NCBI GenBank assembly: GCA_038087875.1
Contig: JAXLNO010000555.1
Coordinates: forward strand, 62,001-121,146
Direction: 5' to 3'
DNA from: Malacoraja senta
Lineage: Eukaryota
DNA length: 59,146 nt
This document shows, piece after piece, positions 48,801 to 59,146 of the stretch. Numbering within the stretch: position 1 is the stretch's first letter; the number at the start of each line of letters is the position of its first letter. Position numbers and translations under genes: made by a program. The notes beneath the pieces are model-generated. The model was not told where the DNA came from and made no database searches. It worked only from the letters and a program-made list of their open reading frames with translations.

Positions 48801-49200
48801 TTCGATGTTATCCTTTAAAAATAGATTGGATGGGTATATGGACGGGAAAGGAATGGAGGGTTATGGTCTGAGTGCAGGTAGATGGGACTAGGGGGAAGTA
48901 TTTTATTCTTAATTTAAAATAAAAAAAAATAAAAAATAATAAAAATAAAAATAAATAAAAAATAAAAAAAAATTAAAAAAAATGTAAATGTTCGGCACGG
49001 ACTTGAAGGGCCGAGATGGCCTGTTTCCGTGCTGTTATGGTTATATGGTTATATGGTTATATGGGAGCTCGCCGGTCGCTGGTGGGAGACCGCTTTTCCG
49101 AGCTCCGCAACGGCAACTTCTCCCGCTGGAATCGCGGGGTTTAAAGGACACGGAGCCCGGGCCTAACATCGCCCAGCGCAGCTTAAACGGCCACAGGACT
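45858..49200 (+). mobile_element. GC-rich non-autonomous retroposon (45858-46257 plus 49062-49200), split by CR1
   Basis: Homologous to 26858-27742; GGGAG occurs at both junctions of the CR1. Confidence 0.65.
46285..48891 (+). CDS. CR1-type LINE ORF2 (APE endonuclease plus RT), 868 aa open, N-terminally truncated; element ~46258-49061
   Basis: [33 protein letters not shown] and YADD are all intact; (ATGGTTAT)n tail. Confidence 0.96.
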   Translation: MLVKEDITAVLWQDRLEGSSREAIWVELRNGKGVATLIGVYYRPPNGERELEEQICKEIADISSKHKVVIVGDFNFPHIDWETHSVKGLDGLEFVKCVQDSFLQQYIEVPTREGAVLDLLLGNETGQVAEVCVGEHFGSSDHNTISFNIIMERVRTGPRVEIFVWRKANFEEMRKDLKGVNWDMLFYGKDVEEKWRTFKGEILRVQNLYVPVRLKGNSKKWKEPWFSREIGHLVRKKREIYNNYRQHGVNEVLEEYKECKKNIKKEIRKAKRRYEVALASKVKVNPKGFYSYINSKRITRNKIGPLESQSGQLSAEPKEMGEILNNFFSSVFTKEKDMELCEVRETSRVAMETVRFKEEGVRTLLKNMKTDKSPDPDRIFPRTLREVSVEIAGAMTEIFQMSLETGIVPEDWRTAHVVPLFKKGSKSKPSNYRPVSLTSVVGKLMERILKDNIYKHLDKQGLIRNSQHGFVPGRSCLTNLLEFFEEVTREIDEGKAVDVVYMDFSKAFDKVPHGRLVNKIQLLGINGGVARWIQQWLNGRCQRVMVDGCLSGWRPVTSGVPQGSVLGPLLFVMYINDLDEGVENWISKYADDTKIGGVVDNEVDFQSLQRDLGHLEEWAERWQMEFNADKCEVLHLGRTNQNRTYTVNGSELRNAVEQRDLGITVHSSLKVESHVDRVVKKAFGVLAFINQSIEYRSWDVMLKLYKALVRPILEYGVQFWSPNYRKDVNKIERVQRRFTRMLPGFQQLSYRERLNKLGLYSLERRRLRGDLIEVFKIMSGLDRVDVDKLFPLRVGKIQTRGHDLRIKGQKFRGNIRGNFFTQRVVAVWNELPVEVVEAGSMLSFKNRLDGYMDGKGMEGYGLSAGRWD

Positions 49201-49272
49201 CCTGCACCTATTGCTTATTGTCTGTGTGAAAAAGTTACCCCTCGGAATCCTATTAAATCTTTTCTCCTTCAA

Positions 49273-49765
49273 TAGACATAGACAATAGACAATAGGTGCA
49301 GGAGTAGGCCATTCGGCCCTTCCAGCCAGCACCGCCATTCAATGTGATCATGGCTGATCATCCATAATCAGTACCCCGTTCCTGCCTTCTCCCCATATCC
49401 CTTGAGCTTTAAGAGCTCTCTCTTGAAAGCATCCAGAGAACCGGTCTCCACTGCCCTCTGAGGCAGAGAATTCCACAGACTCACAACTCTCTGTGTGAAC
49501 AAGTTGTTCCTTATCTCCTTTCTAAATGACTTTCCCCTTATTCTTAAACTGTGGCCCCTGGTTCTGGACTCCCCCAACATCGGGAACATGTTTCCTGCCT
49601 CTAGCGTGTCCAAACCCTTAACAATCTTATATGTTTCAATAAGATCCTCTCTCTTCCTTCTAAATTCCAGAGTAAACAAGCCCAGCCGCTCCATTCTATA
49701 AACAAATGTCAGTCACGCCATCTCTGGAATTACCCTGGTGAATTTACGCTGCACTCCCTCAATAA
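49273..49765 (-). mobile_element. CR1-type LINE 3' fragment
   Basis: ORF 49368-49694 ending GYGEKAGTGY; (GACAATA)n tail. Confidence 0.92.
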
Positions 49766-51099
49766 CAATCACCAATGATGATGCCTGACCTTGCTTTGCA
49801 GCCATTTATCTTATTCAGACCTTGCCACATTCTCCATGTTTCCAAGTGATTATACTGGGACTCAAGTTTGTGCCGGTATTGTCTCTTGGCATCATTGATG
49901 GCTGTTTGGAGATCGTGCAGAGATAATCACAATCTCCTAGTTAGTATTTAATGCTGTGATAAGAAGACCTGCTATGTTTACAACGATTCCTTTTCATTCA
50001 CTGGTGGTAATTCTCACTTTATGCAATAATGTTAAACAGGCACATTGAATCAGCTGCATATTTTGCAAATGAAAACTTGAATAAGTGGCAGCTAATCTAA
50101 TATTGGCCATTTACCACGAGATCTTAAAATTAAAATTACCCCACCTTGTCTAATATCTCCCTGTACTCCTCAGCCAACAAATTTGCTTTAGTGGCTTGCA
50201 TATACATGTGGAATGTTGATTTCATATGAGAATTAGTAGTCATTTCATGCATCATTTGTGTGCTAAAACGCCTTGGGACATTTGTTTTGACCTTAATCTC
50301 TGGATATTTCAATTAGAAACCTAAATTGTAGCAAGCATGTTATTTACATCAAGAGGGATTATATGAACATTGATTTTATGCTTAAAGGGTTTCAAAGCCT
50401 TTAAACAGTCAAAGTTGTAAAGCAATTAGGGAATAAGTACACACCCTTAATTTATCACTTTCTTAATATGGTCACTGGCCACTAGATAAATGTAATGGAA
50501 ATAACATCTTTGATCAATCCTTGGGATCAACTTATGGATTCTGAAGGTGGAATGATATGTGATGTATTAACGTTCAAATACTTAAAACGCAGTATCCAAA
50601 TTTCTTTGAATGAAGGAAGATGCAATATGATCAGAATTTTGGGTTGCACCACTAGATCTATCTACGTGTCACCTGGGAAGCTCTCCAGCATCCATCCATT
50701 CCATCTCTGTAAGCAATGAAGAGTGCCTCTGAATTCAGTGCCTGTATGCTTGAGAACGCAAACGTTTATTTTAAAGGCATAACGTTCAGCACAGATATTG
50801 TGGGCTGAAGGGTCTGTTGCTGTGCTGTACAGTTCCATGTTGTATCTCAAATAAATAAATGCCTGGCAATCCAAGCAACATCTGTAATAAGAGATAAGCA
50901 AAGGTTAACATTTCAGGTTTATGAGCAGCATTGAGAATAATTAGAGATGGATCAAAAAGAAAGGTTTGTGATGGTATGAAGGACAGCAAAGATTAAATAA
51001 TGAAAAGAAATGATAGCTGGAGGCAATTACCTCTCTCTGTTGCACAGCAATGAACTAAAACATGATCAGATGTTAGGCAATATAAGAGACGGCGGATAA

Positions 51100-51240
51100 A
51101 TAAAGTGCTGGGGAAACTCAGCATGCCAGACAGCATCTGCGGAGGGAAATGGACAGGCGGCATTTTGGGTCTAGACCCTTCTGAAGTCTCAATACATAGT
51201 CTGTCCATTTTTCTGGCTAGCTTAGTTCCTCCAGCCCTTT
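51100..51240. mobile_element. Degenerate Penelope-like foldback repeat
   Basis: AAAGTGCTGGGGAAACTCAGC...CAGCATCTGCGGAGGGAAATGGAC...GACCCTTC, with a partial inverted arm. Confidence 0.55.
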
Positions 51241-52559
51241 TTTTCACTCTTTGATGTCGATAATCAGTCAGCAGTGGATTCTACCATAACTACTCATAGC
51301 TCATTCTGATATGTTTGCTATCATCTCCTTTGATGTCAGAGACCTTAAATGTCTAAAGTTCCTCACAACTATGAATCACCACTGCTATGGTTACTCCAGA
51401 TTTGCGGATTTGAGCAGAGCTACATTCTGCTTGTATGTAGCTGACCTGAGGCAACAGTTATGTCCCGTTTAATATCGACTAAACCACTCAAGAGTTCTCG
51501 AGGTAAGGAAAATATAAATCTACAGCATCACCATTAAATCTGTAAAGAAGGAAAACTGTTATTACATGGACCAGATTTTGTTCAATATTGCCACAGTGAC
51601 ATTCTACAAGAAACCTCAAACACCATTAAGTGACCTCAGTGGCAGTTCCCAGTTCAGATCCAATTTAGAGTTTTTCATGTTTTTCATGGAGGTTATTACC
51701 TGGAGACTATTATTGGATGTTTATTATAGACAGGGGCTTCAATCTATACTTTCCTCCAAGTCAGTGCATTGCTCTATTTCTGTGAGAATAAAGGAATTGG
51801 GAGGTTCTTTACATCCTGGGAATGGAGACGTCTGATTGTGCTTTATGGGGATGGCCTGTATAGCTTTGTCGTGGTCAATGTTTAGATGAGAAGTATTGAA
51901 TTTGCATAGACTTGGGTTTCAACTGATAGCCCATTCCAAGAAATTTAAATAGACAACATACATTTGGGGAAAGGACAAGTAGCCCAGACAGATGCACAGG
52001 ACACTGCGATTGAAATGACTAATGCCACAGCAGTGGATCAGAGCACTATTGTGGTAACCCCTCAGATTATACCGATTAGTTTTCCCACTATATTTGACAA
52101 AGTCCTGAATCTCAATGCATTTTTCAAAGATGCTTATGAAAAGCTCATTTTGGATTGAGTGTCACATCTGGTTCAAGATTGGATCGGATCGCAATATAAT
52201 TTTTCTTTGCAAAAAGTGATTCAAAGATGAATGTGTGCTGTGAGGCTGTTGAGGTGAAACAGTGAGATGACAGAATTTGTTGGATCTGCTCACTTCCTTC
52301 ACTTGCGGAAATGCTCTGACATTATTCACAGGTTTGTCTTTGGAGTGGCTTCAAATCTCTTTGAATAACTTTGCCTGGCTGGGTATTTCCAGGCCATTGC
52401 CATATGCAAACTTTCTCAATATTGAAGAGAGACGGGTTAAAGCATTTCCTTGCAGGAAATTGATATTTCAGATCTTAGGTCTGCTTCTTTTCACTCAGAC
52501 ATGCATTTCTTGATTGCCTAGAAATATCAACAAAAGGCAGAGCAACAGTACATGGGACA

Positions 52560-52780
52560 AGATTGATTGATTGAACTGATTGAAAGAAACAGCATGGAAA
52601 CAGGGCCTTCAGCCGATGGATCCTGTTCACAATAGCTCTGCGTTATCCCGCTTTCACAGCCACTCGCTACACACTAGGAGAAATTTTACAGAGGTAATTT
52701 AATTACAAACCCACATGTCTTTGGGATGTGGGAGGAAACTGGAGGGGCACTCAGAGGAAACAAATCTGGTCAATGGGAGA
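52560..52780 (-). mobile_element. V-SINE 3' part
   Basis: (GATT)n tail, ACACTAGG, GTCTTTGGGATGTGGGAGGAAAC. Confidence 0.7.
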
Positions 52781-52961
52781 ATTAAAAAATCGTGAGATAA
52801 TCAGATTGGTCATCCTGCCTGTCAGTCACCATGAAGGTAACGCCCCATCCGGCACCCACTGTCCGGCGGGGAGAATAAAGCTGAAGCGGACTGCGAGTGG
52901 GGGCTGTGTTCTGCGAGCGAGGGGCTGGGCTCTGCGAGCGGGGGTCTGTGCTCTGTGAGTG

Positions 52962-53782
52962 ACCCCCCCACAACAACCCCTACCCAACCCCTCCCCCCCA
53001 CACCCCCCTCCTCCCCACACCACCCCTGCACCCACACACCACCCCCTGCCCCCCACACCACCCCTGCCTCCCCACGCCACGTCTACCACGCCACCCCCTC
53101 CCATGCCAACCCCCACATCAACCCCCACACCACCTCCTCCCCTCCACAACACCCCCACCACCCCCTCCACACTACTCCCCCCTCACACCACCCCTGCCTC
53201 CCCCCACACCATCCTCTCCCCCCAGACCATCGCCTCCCCCCACACAACCCCCTCCACCTCCCACACCACCCCGCCCCCTCACTGACCACACCCCCCTCCC
53301 ACACACCTCTGTCCCCCTCCCTTACCACACCCCTCCCACACACCCTCCCCCATCCCACAAACCATCCCCCTTACCACACACATCCCTCCCACACACACCC
53401 CCTCCCCTACACCACACCCTCTCCCCTATGCCCACAACCCCCTACTCCCCCACCCCCTCCCCTACACTACACACCCACACCCGCCTCCCCTACATGCCCC
53501 CTCCACACAAGCCCTCCCTTAAACACCCTCTCCTCCTCTACAGCCCCTCCTCCCCTACACACTCCCTCTCCTACGCCCCCCCTCTGCTACACCCCCCCAT
53601 CTGCTATGCCCCACCCCTCTGCTATTCCCCCCTCTGTTATGCACCCCCCTCCCCTGCACCCCCTCCCCTGCATCCCCTCCCCTGCACCCCCCTCCCCTGC
53701 ACCCCCCTCCCCTGCACCCACGCTCCCATGCAACCCCCTCCACTGCACCCCCTCCCTTGCACCCCCTCCCCTGCACCCCCCT
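52962..53782. repeat. C-rich low-complexity tract, including (CCCCCTCCCCTGCA)-like repeats
   Basis: Almost entirely C/A/T on the + strand. Confidence 0.9.
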
Positions 53783-53787
53783 GAAAT

Positions 53788-54812
53788 GTGTCCACGAGCC
53801 GTGGCTGATTGAACTGTGATTCCACGAGCCGTGAGTGACTGAACTGTGAGTCCACAAGCCTGAGGGACTGCACTATGAATGTGCAAGCCATGAGCGATTG
53901 AACTGTGAGTCCGCAAGCCATAACGGAGTGAACTGTGAGTCCACAAGTTGTGGCTGACTGAACTGTGAGTCTACAAGCCTTGGCTGAGTAAACTGTTTGT
54001 CCAGAAGCCATGGCTGAGTTAACTGTTTGTCCACAAGCCGTGGCGGAGTGAATTGTTTGTCCACAAGCCGTGGCGGAGTGAACTGTTATTGCACGAGCCG
54101 TGGCCGAGTGAACTGTGAGTCCACGAGCCGTGGCCGATTGAACTGTGAGTCCACGAGCTGTGGCTGAGTGAACTGTGAGTCCACAAGCTGTGGCTGTGTG
54201 AACTGTGAGTCCAGAAGCCATGGCTGAGTGAGCTGTTTGTCCACAAGCCGTGGCTAAGTGAACTGTGAGTCCACAAGCCGTGGCTGAGTGAACTGTGAGT
54301 CCACAAGCCATAGCTGAGTGAACTGCAAGTCCATGAGCCATGGCTGAGTGAAGTGTGAGTCCATGAGCTGTGGCTGAGTGAATTGTGAGTCCACGAGCCG
54401 TGGCTGAGAGAACTGTGAGTCCGCAGCCGTGGCTGAATGAACTGTGAGCCAGCAAGCCGTGGCTGACTGAACTGTTAGTCAGCAAGCCATGGCTGACTGA
54501 ACTGTGAGTCCACAAGCCGTGGCTGAGTGAACTGTGAGTCCACAAGCTGTAGCTGAGTGAACTGTGAGTCCATGAGCCGTGGCTGAGTGAACTGTGAGTG
54601 CACGAGCCGTGGCTGAGTGAATTGTGAGTCCACGAGCCGTGGCTGAGAGAACTGTGACTCCGCAGCCGTGGCTGACTGAACTGTGAGCCCGCAAGCTGTG
54701 GCTGACTGAACTGTTAGTCGGCAAGCCGTGGCTGACTGAACTGTGAGTCCACAAGCTGTGGCTGAGTGAACTGTGTGTCCACAAGCCGTGGCTGAATTAA
54801 CTGAGTGACTGA
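53788..54812 (+). repeat. 30-bp tandem repeat (GTGAACTGTGAGTCCACAAGCCGTGGCTGA)x~34
   Basis: Directly visible; 10-aa periodicity in the ORF track. Confidence 0.95.
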
Positions 54813-55433
54813 CCTGTGAGAACAGAAGGCTCACCATCCCCGCCCACACACCCCCACCCCTCGTCTTGAACAACAACCCCCCCAGCAGCAGGCCATGGCA
54901 GTGGTAGGCCATGGCAGTGCTCGCCCCCCTCCATGGCCCTGACCTGAAGCCGTGGCCCTCCCTGGCTTCAGAACGCTCCCGCTGTCCGCCACCTGAAGCC
55001 TCCCCATCCCCAGCTGCAGGACTAGCCCAGGAATCCATTCGGCCTACAATGTCCATACTAGCCCTCTTGAAACCAGTCCATTCGGCCTACAACACCCTTA
55101 CTAGCCCTCCAGAAAGCCACCCCTTACTGGCCACCACCTGAAGCCGTCCCCCTCCCCTTGCTGCAGGACACTCCCCCCTCCCCCACTGGCCCCGAACAGA
55201 CCCGCCTGAAGCCGACCCCCTCCACCGGCTGCAGAATGCAACAAGAGGTGCAACAAGAAAGAATGGATTGAATAAATCTCCTCTTTAACATTAAAAATGT
55301 TGTTACATTTTAAGAGTTATTCGGAGAGACGCTAAGAGTGAATGGGGGGTGTTTAAAGGGGGATTTAGTGAATGCGTGGGGGGGAGGGCAAGGGGCAGAG
55401 TGAGGGGGAGCAGAGAAGGGGTGATCAGGGGCA

Positions 55434-55547
55434 TCATAACTGGAACCCGTCAGCTGTGCCTGCGAAGTTGGGGGCTATGCGTGAGTGGCGTCATAACTGG
55501 AACCCGTCAGCTGTGCCTGCGAAGTTGGGGGCTATGCGTGAGTGGTT
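55434..55547 (+). repeat. 57-bp tandem duplication
   Basis: TCATAACTGGAACCCGTCAGCTGTGCC...GTGAGTGG occurs twice. Confidence 0.9.
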
Positions 55548-55734
55548 GAATATTGGAATTGGTGGAGAGGTGGAATATTGCGTTGGGGACCAGCCCTCCG
55601 GTGTGGGAATGGGACCCAATGGGTCCCACTTAGTCTAGTAAAATATGTAAGTGGACAATATTTGTCTGTAATCCCAGGTTTGATGGTTTGATTCATTGCT
55701 TTCAGCAAAGTTATACCTATTGGTTCATTTACCA

Positions 55735-56415
55735 TGAACTGTGAGTCCACAAGCCATGGCTGAGTGAAATGTGATAGCACGAGCTGTGGCTGAGTGAACT
55801 GTGAGTTCACGAGCCGTGGCTGAGTGAACTGTGATTCCACGAGCCATGGTTGAGTGAACTGTGAGTCCACGAGCCGTGGCTGTGAACTGTGAATCCACGA
55901 GCTGTGGCTGAGTGAAGTGTGAGTCCACGAACCGTGGCTGAGTGAAGTATGAGTCCACGAGCCGTGGCTTTGTGAACTGTGAGTCCGCAAGCCATGGCTG
56001 ACTGAACTGTGAGCCCGCAAGCCATGGCTGACTGAACTGTGAGTCCACGAGCCATGGCTGAGTGAAGTGTGAGTCCGCGAGCCGTGGTTGAGTGAATTGT
56101 GAGTCCACAAGCCATGGCTGAATGAACTGAGGCCACAAGCCATGAGTGACTGAACTGTGAGTGCAGAAGGCTCACCACCCCTGCCTGCACATCCCCATCC
56201 CCCTTGTCACGAACACCAAACCTCCCAGCAGCAGGCCATGGCAGTGGTAGGCCATGGCAACGCTCGCCCCTCCCACGGTCCTGGCCTGAAGCTGTCCTCC
56301 TCCCTGGCTACAGAACGCTCCTGCCGGCCCCACCTGAATCCTCCCCCTCCCCAGCTGCAGGACTAGCCCAAGAATCCATTCGGCCTACAATGTCCATACT
56401 AGCCCTCTTGAAACC
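55735..56415 (+). repeat. Second 30-bp array (~14 units) plus a copy of Helitron segment 54815-55075
   Basis: Same unit; 56160-56415 aligns with 54815-55075. Confidence 0.88.
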
Positions 56416-56629
56416 TGACCAAAATGGCCTTGCAGCACAGATGCCTTTACTTAATTTTAATGTCATGGCAGCTCGAATTTAGCCAGAATTAACAATCCTT
56501 CCTTTTATCATGTTTGATATACCATAATTTATGTTAACCAAATAATCAGATGATCAGATAACCAGGTATACATATGTGTGACTATAACATTCTCCATATA
56601 TTAACAACAAAATGATGATGATGTTTCTT

Positions 56630-57060
56630 CTCAGAAACTAGGCTTGTATTCACTGGAGTTTAGAAGGATGAGGGGGTATCTTATAGAGACTTATAAAAAG
56701 GACTGGACAAGCTAGATGCAGGAAAAATGTTCCCAATGTTGGGCGAGTCCAGAACTAGGGGGCACACTTAGAATAAAGGAGAGGCCATCTAAAACTGAGG
56801 TGAGTAAAAACTTTTTCACCCAGAGAGTTGTGAATTTATGGAATTCCCTGCCACAGAGGGCAGTGGAGGCCAAGCCACTGGATGGATTTAAGAGAGAGTT
56901 GGATAGAGCTCTAGGGGCTAGTGGAATCAAGGGATATGGGGAGAAGGCAGGCACGGGTTATTGATTGGGGTTGATTGGGGATGATCACAATGAATGCCGG
57001 TGCTGGCTCCAAGGGCCGAATGGCCTCCTCCTGCAACTAGTTTCTATGTTTCTATGTTTC
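56630..57060 (+). mobile_element. CR1-type LINE 3' fragment
   Basis: FFTQRVVNLWNSLPQ...GYGEKAGTGY; (TTTCTATG)n tail. Confidence 0.92.
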
Positions 57061-58291
57061 CATCCAATTCCTGTGGAATTCCCAGCTTTTTTTTATAAAG
57101 CCAATTAAGAATGCCAAATCTAGGGACCATTTCTTTACACCTTGATAATAGAAGCCACTTTACTATCAAGGGTTAAACAAATTTAGATCCACGGGTTAAA
57201 TACATCGACTCTGATATCTCAACACCCATTTCCTTATTCCTCCTTCTAATTCAATAGACTTCTCCTCCAGTACTTTTTCCTTAGTATGTTGGCTCGGCTC
57301 TCAGTCAATAGGGGTTCTTCCTCTAACTAATTTTCTTTTACCACTGAGTAACTCTCTTAGTATGTTAACTTTGGTCTCTTAAAGGGGAGTCTTACTATTC
57401 ACATTTCCTCTTTCTTACTATTTCCAATGCCAAGTCTCATGTTCCCTGAATAACTCTTCCATGTTACCAGATCTTCCCAAGTTCCATCCTTCCCTGATGT
57501 TCTCTGAATAATCCTTCCCATCTTTGACTGTCTGTCTGGGGATGAGACAATAAAAATTCCAAGTTAATAATCAAATTTTAAATACTCCTAATCCAGATCT
57601 CCTAAGTCAGTTCCAAATCTCAAACTTTGAAGTCCCTCCAATTCATCACCATATCATTTATTGATCAAATTCAAAATGTTGTCAATTTATTTTTAATGAC
57701 TATAATTTAGGTGCAAAGTAGGTGTCTTGCCCCAAACCACAGAGGAGTGTCTATTTTCAAATTTAAATTCAATTCTTCTAATTAGAGCTTGCCCCAATAG
57801 TCGTCATAGGTTGTCTGTATTTTTTAGAAAATGTTGGATGGTGTTATTTTCTTTTTTCTTCACTGGTGTCAAAAGTAAGGTGATGTTAAAGTTGGACACT
57901 ATGGTAGGTATCTTCTTCTTCTTCCTCGAAGTTAGTTTCAAAGGAGTAGGGATACTGAGGAGCAGCCCTCTCTATTTGTTGGCCTTCCCAGATGTATCTT
58001 AAAGGGACAGGACAGTATCATTTCTTCTTTGTTGTTTGTCTTTGTTTCTGGGAAGCTACTTGGATGGAGATAATAACTACACATCCTCTCTGAACTGTGT
58101 CTTCTGCCCATTCTTAAGAGTCCACATGTTCCTTACCTCACTCTCCAGATAGTAGTGTGTTGTAGATTATACTGTCCTGTAGGCACAAAAACTTTGTAAC
58201 AAGTTAGTACAATAGCTCCTTTCCCTCCTCCTGTATCTCCTGCACAATAAGTTCATTTCTTCTCTCCCTAGTGCCAGTTTTGCTCTCTTTA

Positions 58292-58893
58292 AAGGCCTGT
58301 CTCACGAGTCTGCGGTCTATGGCGGCGAAACGGGAGGAATCTGCCGCCATAGACCGCGCACTCGTGAGAAAGTACAATTCCCGGGCCGTGCGGTGGTGTT
58401 CCCAACACCGCGCGGTGCTAAAATAAAAACGACAATGTCCAAAACAAAATACTCACCGCGCAACCTCCACCAGTGATGCACGAGTGCGCACGGCGCTCGC
58501 ACGGGCCGCCGCCAGTATGGCTCGAGCGCCGTGCGTCAAACCTCCACTGGCACAGCCTCCGCCAGTGACGCACGTGCCGCCGCCAGTGAGGCACGTGTAC
58601 TGCACGGCCGCAGGCACAGCCACCGCTACAGCGCCGCGATCAGGATGGCCGCTGCCACAGCCGCCGCTGGTGAGTCACGTGCGGCGGGCCGACATCATCG
58701 CAGTCGGCCCGCCCTTTTTTTACTTACCGCAAGCACGTGGGACCCGCCGTGTTTGAATTAACTCGGCCCCCGCGCAACATCCGTGCGGCGCTCCGGTGGA
58801 TAGGCTCGACGCTCTCGCCGTTGCCGCGTGGTCCTCGCTACCGGCGACGCCGCGCTTCACCGCCGATGACCGCAAACAGGTAAGACAGAGCCT
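58292..58893. mobile_element. Harbinger MITE, same family as 35646-36239
   Basis: Ends AAGGCCTGTCTCACG / GTAAGACAGAGCCT; flanks TTA and TAA; internal homology to the 35.6-kb copy. Confidence 0.85.
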
Positions 58894-59146
58894 TAAGTTC
58901 TTATTCTCTTTGACACCAGCTACTATGTTTCCCTTTTTGTATTCCTTTCTTTTAGTGAGGTTTCTCAATCCCAACCAGCTTCTTTGTAACACTCTTCCTG
59001 GGATTCGGAAGGGGCGGTGTTCCTTCTTGTTCTTATAATTTATTCTTATTTTTGGGCCATGTGTGGTTGCCCTCAGATTTCATCTTTTTACTTTGTACCA
59101 GCTGGCAGATCAGGGCTATCAGAATGGATTCAGCTGCCAGAATGTC

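Larger units (their letters stand above)
52785..55638 (+). mobile_element. Non-autonomous Helitron copy 3; 3' terminus intact, 5' terminus not found
   Basis: Ends TGGGACCC-aat-GGGTCCCA-CTTAGTCTAG|T (CTAG at 55635-55638). 55035-55135 and 55550-55638 match the 3' regions of copies 1 and 2. The left boundary is a guess. Confidence 0.75.

Noticed and set aside
52955..53812. 285-aa Pro/His/Thr-rich extensin- or mucin-like ORF
   Set aside because: By-product of C-rich low-complexity DNA inside a repeat element.
53637..56190. ORFs with 10-aa repeats and a CRISPR-sized 30-bp repeat
   Set aside because: A pure tandem repeat without spacers, in a eukaryotic context.

Overview
Eukaryotic, transposon-saturated genomic DNA with no recognisable host protein-coding exon. 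The HE1-like V-SINEs, CR1/L2/Rex1 LINEs with microsatellite tails and Penelope-type foldbacks point to a cartilaginous fish, probably a skate or ray (inference). The window opens with a two-gene Harbinger transposon: a truncated DDE transposase and a convergent, spliced MADF/Myb gene. It also contains five Harbinger MITEs or MITE ends, many nested LINE/SINE fragments, a near-intact CR1 ORF2 and a deleted Gypsy element with a tRNA-Trp PBS. The most notable feature is three copies of one non-autonomous Helitron family (5' A|TC...hairpin-CTAG|T 3'), each carrying different internal tandem arrays (26, 29, 30, 40 and 48 bp units). In one copy a 29-bp unit has expanded into a ~9.4 kb satellite with emerging ~550-bp, ~1248-bp and ~1453-bp higher-order repeats. 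The dozens of ORFs at 13.5-23.3 kb and 53-56 kb are repeat artefacts. All alignments and counts were made by eye, so internal boundaries are approximate.
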